Source: Candidatus Methylomirabilota bacterium (GTDB taxonomy: Bacteria > Methylomirabilota > Methylomirabilia > Rokubacteriales > CSP1-6). From it: a DNA stretch of 64,000 bases. The notes beneath the pieces were generated by a model, which was not told where the DNA came from, did not search any database, and was given only the letters and a program-made list of their open reading frames with translations. Shown one piece after another: positions 58,371 through 64,000 of the stretch; position 1 is the stretch's first letter, and every line of letters starts with the position of its first letter. The translations under genes and the position numbers were made by a program. The stretch covers positions 6,800 through 70,799 of the forward strand of contig DASYVT010000069.1 in assembly GCA_035936835.1 (NCBI GenBank). Direction: 5' to 3'.

Positions 58371-60755
58371 TTAACCCTCTCGCTCCGGGTCGAGCTCGAA
58401 CCGCTCGACCGTGCCCGAGGCCCAGCGGGTGATCCACAGCGTGACACCGTCGGTCTCGAGGATGACCGCGCCGTCCCTGTCCGTCCGGTAGATGCGCGCT
58501 CCGGCCGCCTCGAGCCGCGAGAGCGCCTCGGGCGTCGGATGGCGAAACGGGTTGCGCGCCCCGACGGAGATCACGGCCACGGCCGCCCGCGTGGCGGCGA
58601 GAAACTCTTCGCTGGACGAGAAGCGGCTGCCGTGGTGACCGACCTTGAGGGCGAGCGCGCGCACGGGGGCGCGCGAAGCCAGGACGCGCTCCTCGCCGGA
58701 GCGGCCGAGGTCGCCCGTCAGGAGCAGCGAGAAGCCCCGCCAGTCGAGCCGGAGTACCAGCGACTCCTCGTTCTCTCCCATGGGCGCGGGCTCGTCCAGC
58801 GGCCGCGTGCCGTCCGGGTTCAGCACGGTCAGGAGCGCCGAGCCGAGCCAGATCCGCTGCCCCGCGACGAGCGTGCGGCGGCAGGCGCCCGAGCGCTCCA
58901 CGGCCCGCAGCGTGTCCTCGCTGCCCGGGCCCCACCGCCCGTTCTCCCAGACCTCGCCCACGCGGAAGCGCGTGAGCACTGCGCGAAGTCCGCCCGAGTG
59001 GTCCGAGTCGGAATGAGTCACCGCCACGGCGTCCACCCGGGCCGCGGGGCGGTTCCAGAGGAACGGCGCCAGCACCCGCTCGCCCACGTCGAGACGCCGG
59101 GCTCCGCCAGGGCCGCCGTCCACGAGGAGCCGCGGGCCCTCAGGCACCTCCACCAGCACCGCATCGCCCTGGCCCACGTCGAGGAAGGTGACGCGAAGGC
59201 GCCCGTCGCCTGGGCGCACCCAGGGCCAGATGGACAGCACGAGCGCCGCCGCAAGGCAGGCCGCGGCCGCAGCGCGCGTCCACCGACGCGCGCCGAGGAC
59301 CGGCACGAGCGCGAGCACCCCGCACCAGGCGAGGGTCGCCGCCCAGCTGGGCGCCGGCAGGTGGACCATGGCTGCCGGCACGGCGGCTGCGCTCCAGACT
59401 GCCGCGCGCAGGGCCAGGAGCACCAGCCACAGCGCCTGGAAGAGCACGTCGGCCGCCACCATGTTCGCGAGGGCGACCAGGAGCGCCAGCATGCCGAGCG
59501 TCGTGCCCACCGCGGCGAGCGGGACCACGACCAGGTTCGCCGCGATGCCGACGAGCGAGAGCTGGTTGAAGTGGGCGAGCATGACGGGCGTCACGGCCGC
59601 CTGCGCCCCCACGCTCACCGCCACGGCCGTCGCGAGCCAGTCCGGCCAGCCCCGTCCTTCGAGCCAGCTCGTGATGGCGGGCGTCAGGTAGATGATCCCA
59701 GCGGTGGCGGCGAAGGAGAGCTGGAAGCCCGGGTCCCAGAGATCGGCGGGGCGCCAGGCGAGGAGCAGAAGCGCAGCCAGCGCCAGCGCGTTCATGAGCT
59801 GGGACTCCCGGTCCAGGAGCGTGGCCGCCAGCAGCAGGAGCCCCATGACCGTGGCGCGGAGCACGGAGGCCTGGCCGCCCACGACGAGGGCGAACCCCAC
59901 CAGCGCCACGCCCGCCGCGACCGCGGTGGTGCGCCGCGGGACGCCGAGCGCCGCGAGCACGAAGAAGATGGAGGACGCCAGGAGCGCCACGTTGAAGCCC
60001 GAGACGGCGAGGATGTGGTAGACGCCGGCGCGGCGGAAAGCCTCGTCGGCCTCGCGAGGCAGCCCCGTCTTCTCGCCGAGGATCAGGCCGGCTAACAGCG
60101 CGGCGGATGTGTCCGGCAGGTGGGCGCCGATTGTCGCCACGGCCCAGCGCTTGATGCGCACGGGCCAGGGCGGCTCGTCGGGCGTGAGCGGCACGAGGGA
60201 CTCGGCGCGCCCGGTGCCGACGAGGAGTATGCCTTCCCTCCGCAGGAAGGCGGGGTAGTCGAAGGCGCCCGGGTTCCTGAAGCCTCGCGGGCGGGAGAGC
60301 CTGAGACCGACCGCGACTCGTTGACCTTCGCCCACCGCGGCCGTCTCGCCGTAGAGCGTCACCTGAAGCCGCCCCGACGCCAGTCGGCGGTCGTCCCCAT
60401 CGAGAAGACCGTCTACGTCGAGGATCAGCCGTGTACGGTCCGGCGCCCACCGCACCGGCTCCTCGGCGAGCCGTCCCTCAATGTTGACGACAGGCGCGAG
60501 CGCCACGCGGGCGATGTGATCGGCGGGTAGCGGGTCGGTGGCGCCGCGGAGCGCTCCCAGCACGACCGCGAGGGCCAGGAGGATGGCCGCCGCTGCGCCA
60601 TCGCGTCCAAGGGCCAGCGCGCACGCCCCCACAGCGAGGAGGAGGCCGCCTGCGAGCAGAAGCCAGGCGGGCGCCGCCGCCGCCCACGGGCCGAAGAGGA
60701 TGCCCAGCGCGAGCCCGGCCGACAGCGGCAGAAACGGCGCCTCATGCCACCTCAT
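58371..60755 (-). CDS. comEC: DNA internalization competence protein ComEC/Rec2
   Basis: 794 aa. Polytopic competence domain (GVYHILAVSGFNV) plus a C-terminal metallo-beta-lactamase domain (VTHSDSDHSGG). Confidence 0.9.
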   Translation of the reverse strand: MRWHEAPFLPLSAGLALGILFGPWAAAAPAWLLLAGGLLLAVGACALALGRDGAAAAILLALAVVLGALRGATDPLPADHIARVALAPVVNIEGRLAEEPVRWAPDRTRLILDVDGLLDGDDRRLASGRLQVTLYGETAAVGEGQRVAVGLRLSRPRGFRNPGAFDYPAFLRREGILLVGTGRAESLVPLTPDEPPWPVRIKRWAVATIGAHLPDTSAALLAGLILGEKTGLPREADEAFRRAGVYHILAVSGFNVALLASSIFFVLAALGVPRRTTAVAAGVALVGFALVVGGQASVLRATVMGLLLLAATLLDRESQLMNALALAALLLLAWRPADLWDPGFQLSFAATAGIIYLTPAITSWLEGRGWPDWLATAVAVSVGAQAAVTPVMLAHFNQLSLVGIAANLVVVPLAAVGTTLGMLALLVALANMVAADVLFQALWLVLLALRAAVWSAAAVPAAMVHLPAPSWAATLAWCGVLALVPVLGARRWTRAAAAACLAAALVLSIWPWVRPGDGRLRVTFLDVGQGDAVLVEVPEGPRLLVDGGPGGARRLDVGERVLAPFLWNRPAARVDAVAVTHSDSDHSGGLRAVLTRFRVGEVWENGRWGPGSEDTLRAVERSGACRRTLVAGQRIWLGSALLTVLNPDGTRPLDEPAPMGENEESLVLRLDWRGFSLLLTGDLGRSGEERVLASRAPVRALALKVGHHGSRFSSSEEFLAATRAAVAVISVGARNPFRHPTPEALSRLEAAGARIYRTDRDGAVILETDGVTLWITRWASGTVERFELDPEREG

Positions 60756-60756
60756 G

Positions 60757-61236
60757 CTATTCGCCGACCGTCACGTGCTCACGGAGTGCAGCGAGCTTCT
60801 TCGGGCCCATGCCCAAGATGCTTCGAAGGCTATCAGATGACTCGAAGCGCCCCCGCCGATCGCGCTCCTCGACGATCCGGCGCGCCAGGCTCGGCCCGAC
60901 GCCGGGCAGCCTCGAGATCTCGTCAGCGCTGGCGTGGTTGAGGTCGAGCGGGCGGGGGTCCGCGACCGTGGCGGGCGGGGCGGCGATCGCGCGCGGCCGC
61001 GGAGATGGGGCTGTGCGCGCCGGCGCGGGCGGGTCGGGGTGGGCGGCCGCCCAGCGCGGTGCCGCGCGGGCGCGGGGAGCAGGCGGGATGGGCAGCGGCG
61101 GATCCTCGCGGTCGAAGCGCTCCAGCCGCTCGGCCGCGTCGGGAAAGCCCGCGCGCCACTCGCGCGCGCCCAAGCCCGCAAGAAACACGGCGGCCAGCAC
61201 CAGCAGGAGCTTCAGTTGCGGGCGCGAGTAAGTCAT
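60757..61236 (-). CDS. comEA: ComEA-family helix-hairpin-helix DNA-binding protein
   Basis: Signal anchor, Pro/Ala-rich linker, C-terminal LDLNHASADEISRLPGVGPSLARRIVEER..F (HhH). One nt upstream of comEC. Confidence 0.85.
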   Translation of the reverse strand: MTYSRPQLKLLLVLAAVFLAGLGAREWRAGFPDAAERLERFDREDPPLPIPPAPRARAAPRWAAAHPDPPAPARTAPSPRPRAIAAPPATVADPRPLDLNHASADEISRLPGVGPSLARRIVEERDRRGRFESSDSLRSILGMGPKKLAALREHVTVGE

Positions 61237-61298
61237 CTCGCGCCCAGCCTGCCATCGCGCCGCGTACGCTTCTAGAGTGGCAGATCAGATACACGGCG

Positions 61299-61502
61299 CT
61301 ACGGCGTCAGCGCCGCGCGCGTGATGCTCGTCGTCTCCTTGTTGTGCCACTCCGAGGCGGCGAAGGCCTCGTTGATCTTCTAGAGCGGGTACTTGTGCGA
61401 GAGGATCCGGTCCCACGGCCAGCGCGTCTTCGTGCGCACGAGGAAATCGAGCGCGCGCGGGATCACCCACGGGTCGTACTGGATCACGCCCACGATCTTC
61501 TT
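61299..61502 (-). pseudogene. C-terminal relic of a zinc-type (MDR) alcohol dehydrogenase with an in-frame TAG
   Basis: Hand translation: KKIVGVIQYDPWVIPRALDFLVRTKTRWPWDRILSHKYPL*KINEAFAASEWHNKETTSITRAALTP*. The internal stop is at 61382-61380. No N-terminal 250+ aa is present; the relic abuts the lysC stop. Confidence 0.6.
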
Positions 61503-61512
61503 AGACGGTCTC

Positions 61513-62742
61513 CTAGGCCGCGGGTTCCTTCCCGAGCTCGAAGGCGTCGTGGAGCGCGCGCACGGCGAGCTCGGCGTACTTGTCTTCGATGACGCAGGAG
61601 ACGGCGATCTCGGAGGTCGAGATCATCTGGATGTTGATGTTCTCCTTCGACAGCGTGGAGAACACGCGCGCGGCGACACCCGAGTGGCTGCGCATGCCGA
61701 CGCCGACGATGGAGACCTTGGCGATGCGGTCGTCGGCGGTCACGCCGCCGGCGCCGATCTCCTTGGCGACGGTGTCCAGCACGGTCTCCGCCCGCTGGCG
61801 ATCGCCGCGGGGAAGGGTGAACGAGATGTCCGTGAACCCGTCGCGCCCGATGTTCTGGACGATCATGTCCACGACGATGTTCTGCTTGGCGAGCCCTCCG
61901 AAGACCTGGCTGGCGATGCCCGGGCGATCGGGCACTCGCAGGATGGAGAGCTTCGCCTGACCCCCGTCGTGGGTGATACTCGTGACCACCACGTCTTCCA
62001 TGCTGTGATCCTCCCTGGTCACGAGTGTGCCCGGGTCCGGCTTGAAGGCGGAGCGGACGTGCACCGGGACGGCGAACTTCTTGGCGAACTCGACGGAGCG
62101 GGCCTGGAGCACCTTGGCGCCGAGGGCGGCCATCTCGAGCATCTCGTCGTAGGAGACGCGGGCGAGCTTGCGCGCCTCCGGCACGACGTTGGGATCGGCG
62201 GTGTAGACGCCGTCGACGTCGGTGAAGATCTCGCAGACGTCGGCCTTGAGCGCCGCCGCCAGCGCGACGCCCGTGAGATCCGAGCCGCCGCGCCCGAGCG
62301 TCGTGATGTCCCCCGATTCGGTCATGCCCTGGAAGCCCGCCACGACGACGATCTTGCCGGCGTCGAGGGCGGCGTGGATGCGCTCGGCCGTGATGCGCCG
62401 GATACGGGCCCGTGTGTGGACGCCGTCGGTGACCATGCCGACCTGCGGCCCAGTGAAGGAGCAGGCGGGGCGGCCCATCGCCTGGAGCGCCATGGCGAGG
62501 AGGCCGATCGTGACCTGCTCGCCCGTGGCCAGGACCATGTCGATCTCCCGCGGGTCGGGGGCGGGCGTGATGGCGTCCACCAGGGCGACCAGCGCGTCGG
62601 TCGTCTTGCCCATGGCGGAGACCACCACGACCATCCGGTGGCCTTTGGCTGCGGATTCGGCCACGCGGCGGGCGACGCTCTTGATCTTCTCGGGGTCGGC
62701 GACGGACGAGCCGCCGTATTTTTGGACGATCAGCTGGCCCAT
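61513..62742 (-). CDS. lysC: aspartate kinase with C-terminal ACT domains
   Basis: [23 protein letters not shown], and a tandem ACT region ([20 protein letters not shown]). Confidence 0.9.
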   Translation of the reverse strand: MGQLIVQKYGGSSVADPEKIKSVARRVAESAAKGHRMVVVVSAMGKTTDALVALVDAITPAPDPREIDMVLATGEQVTIGLLAMALQAMGRPACSFTGPQVGMVTDGVHTRARIRRITAERIHAALDAGKIVVVAGFQGMTESGDITTLGRGGSDLTGVALAAALKADVCEIFTDVDGVYTADPNVVPEARKLARVSYDEMLEMAALGAKVLQARSVEFAKKFAVPVHVRSAFKPDPGTLVTREDHSMEDVVVTSITHDGGQAKLSILRVPDRPGIASQVFGGLAKQNIVVDMIVQNIGRDGFTDISFTLPRGDRQRAETVLDTVAKEIGAGGVTADDRIAKVSIVGVGMRSHSGVAARVFSTLSKENINIQMISTSEIAVSCVIEDKYAELAVRALHDAFELGKEPAA

Positions 62743-62772
62743 GAGGGGGTCATGCTACACGACCCCGTCATC

Positions 62773-62820
62773 GGGTGTAAAGCCGCTGGGGGTGTAAAGC
62801 CGCTGGGGGTGTAAAGCCGC
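62773..62820 (-). repeat. 17-bp tandem repeat (2.8 copies) immediately upstream of lysC
   Basis: GGGTGTAAAGCCGCTGG at 62773-62789 and 62790-62806, partial at 62807-62820. In lysC orientation each unit reads ..GGCTTTACACCC.. (TTTACA is -35-like). The proximal copy lies 18 nt upstream of TAGCAT. Confidence 0.85.
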
Positions 62821-62860
62821 GATGCCAATTGGCTTCGCCATACTTCGGGCCGAGCCGTTG

Positions 62861-63571
62861 CTATCGGGGCAGATGGCGGCTGCGCGGACCGCCGGGACCG
62901 CCCGGTCCTCCGGGCCCTACGTGACCGCCCGGCCGCCCATCGCCTCCCGGACGGTCCTCGCCGTCCGGATGCGGCTGGCCGGGCCCAGGCTGGCGCTGGC
63001 GGTATTGCTCGCGGGCCTGCTGACGCTGCTCGGGCGTCATCTGGCGCCAGCGCTCCGCATTCCGCTCAATGGGCTGACGCTGTTCGGGCGGCATCTGGCG
63101 CCAGCGCTCCGCATTCCGCTCAATACGCTGGCGCTGGTCAGGCGGTAGCCTCTGGAAGCGCTCGTGCGCCGCCTCGAGGTGGCGCTTCCGGTCCTCAGGC
63201 AGCGATTGCCAGCGGCGGAAGTCCTCTGTGACGCGAGCCCGGTCCGCCGGCGACATGTTGCGCAGCCGCTGCTGATTCTGCCGGGCGGTCTGTCGCTCCT
63301 CGGGCGAAAGGTTCTGCCAGTGGCGGTAGTTCTCAATCGCCCCCTGCCGCTGCTCGGGCGTCATCTCCTTCCACTTCTGGAGATTGCGCTCAGCCTGCGC
63401 GCGCTCTTCGGGCGACAGGCGCTCGAGCCCGCGGACGGGAGAATTGCCGGGCTGGGCCGGCGCTGTCGAGGGAGGTGAAGCGGGCGCCTGAGCCCCAGCG
63501 ACCGTCGGGACGGCCAGACAGGCCGCCAGCGCCAGGGCAGGGAGCCAACCGTACGAGCGAGCTGTCAGCAT
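62861..63571 (-). CDS. secreted repeat protein, DUF3106-like (RWxxMxPExRQ repeats) with a Gly/Pro-rich tail
   Basis: Signal peptide (LALAACLAVPTVAGA). At least 6 repeats of the type ERNAERWRQMPPEQRQ / NYRHWQNLSPEERQ. Confidence 0.8.
   Translation of the reverse strand: MLTARSYGWLPALALAACLAVPTVAGAQAPASPPSTAPAQPGNSPVRGLERLSPEERAQAERNLQKWKEMTPEQRQGAIENYRHWQNLSPEERQTARQNQQRLRNMSPADRARVTEDFRRWQSLPEDRKRHLEAAHERFQRLPPDQRQRIERNAERWRQMPPEQRQPIERNAERWRQMTPEQRQQAREQYRQRQPGPGQPHPDGEDRPGGDGRPGGHVGPGGPGGPGGPRSRHLPR
63038..63145. repeat. 54-bp tandem duplication inside the DUF3106-like gene
   Basis: 63038-63091 and 63092-63145. The first 33 nt of each copy are identical (CATCTGGCGCCAGCGCTCCGCATTCCGCTCAAT). 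A partial third unit precedes at 63019-63037. Confidence 0.85.
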
Positions 63572-63572
63572 G

Positions 63573-63893
63573 TCACCTCACCTCCCTTTTGGCCGGCTCG
63601 GCAGGGGTCGTGGCCCCCTCCGGAGCGGGCCGGTTGCTCGTCATCTGGTCCAACATGCGCATACGCTCGAAAAAGCTCAGGCGCTTCGCGATCTCGCGGT
63701 CGCGAGCGTAATTCGGGTTGTTCAGGACCTCGAGGTCGCGGAGTATCTCGGCGTCGAGTTCGTCACTCTTGGCCTGTGGGGTCCGTGGTGCCGCCGGCGC
63801 CTCGGCGGCGCGCGCGGCCGCAGGCACCAGGCTCAGCAGCGCCGCAAGAGACAGCCTGGCCAGGTCGCGACGCCCGGAGCGATCGAGGGGCAT
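63573..63893 (-). CDS. small secreted hypothetical protein
   Basis: Signal peptide (LSLAALLSLVPAAARA). 1-nt gap to the downstream DUF3106-like gene. Confidence 0.6.
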   Translation of the reverse strand: MPLDRSGRRDLARLSLAALLSLVPAAARAAEAPAAPRTPQAKSDELDAEILRDLEVLNNPNYARDREIAKRLSFFERMRMLDQMTSNRPAPEGATTPAEPAKREVR

Positions 63894-63902
63894 GGATGCC
63901 GA

Positions 63903-64000
63903 TCATCCCTCGCCGCGCGTCGGCAAGCTGTCGAGCCGCTCGATGACGTCGAAGTCCTCGAGGAGGTCGAGCTTCTGGACCACGTCGAGGTGGGCGATCA
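63903..64000 (-). CDS. hypothetical protein, C-terminal 31 codons only (partial at window edge)
   Basis: Hand translation ...IAHLDVVQKLDLLEDFDVIERLDSLPTRGEG*. Same strand as, and 9 nt upstream of, the next gene. Function not assignable. Confidence 0.4.
   Translation of the reverse strand, partial: IAHLDVVQKLDLLEDFDVIERLDSLPTRGEG

Noticed and set aside
61380-61382. The in-frame TAG in the dehydrogenase-like frame as programmed recoding (for example pyrrolysine).
   Set aside because: The frame lacks the whole N-terminal catalytic domain and any start context. No pyl genes are in the window, and many other genes here use TAG as an ordinary stop (for example lysC and fcl). Pseudogene decay is the simpler explanation.
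62773-62820. The tandem repeat considered as a mini-CRISPR array.
   Set aside because: The units are directly abutting with no spacers, are only 17 bp long, and no cas genes are in the window.

Overview
High-GC bacterial chromosomal window. I recognised no rRNA, tRNA or CRISPR array.

(1) 1-4.4 kb: the tail of a Dpp/Opp-type ABC permease pair, a membrane fatty-acid desaturase, and a minus-strand GT-C (PMT/ArnT-like) glycosyltransferase carrying an extra C-terminal domain.

(2) 4.5-40.4 kb: one plus-strand glycan-assembly super-locus of 33 intact CDS and 2 decayed ones.
- It opens with a MarR_EPS-like regulator and an MsbA/PglK-like fused ABC exporter.
- A complete pseudaminic-acid module follows: pseB-pseC-pseG-pseI-pseH, then an oxidoreductase, an SpsF-type cytidylyltransferase and a class-III aminotransferase.
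- Next is an alternating run of GT4 glycosyltransferases and SAM methyltransferases (7 clear plus 2 probable across the locus), with a deacetylase.
- The rest holds a B12-binding radical-SAM enzyme, GDP-L-fucose genes (gmd, fcl), GT2s, a priming phosphoglycosyltransferase and a Wzy_C-family membrane protein.
- Most gene junctions are 1-14 bp start/stop overlaps (ATGA, GTGA, TGATG).
- The locus carries a recombination scar. A 316-bp direct repeat (25448-25763 and 29044-29359, about 95% identical by hand alignment) brackets a frameshifted GT4 relic and an MBOAT + DltD-like O-acylation cassette.

(3) 40.3-45.1 kb: a visibly more AT-rich accessory patch with two minimal-nucleotidyltransferase genes, a polytopic membrane protein and a multiply frameshifted IS1380-family transposase.

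(4) 45.1-64 kb: housekeeping genes.
- ECF sigma/anti-sigma pair and folK-folB.
- DapL-route lysine genes: dapL, FAH-family gene, dapB, dapA, lysA, lysC.
- An argH operon with plsC and an LptM-like Fn3 lipoprotein; mltG; comEA-comEC.
- An isolated, divergent rpoA-like gene.
- The start of a second envelope-stress-type operon (DUF3106-like repeat protein).

All functional calls come from reading the supplied translations by eye. No database search was run.
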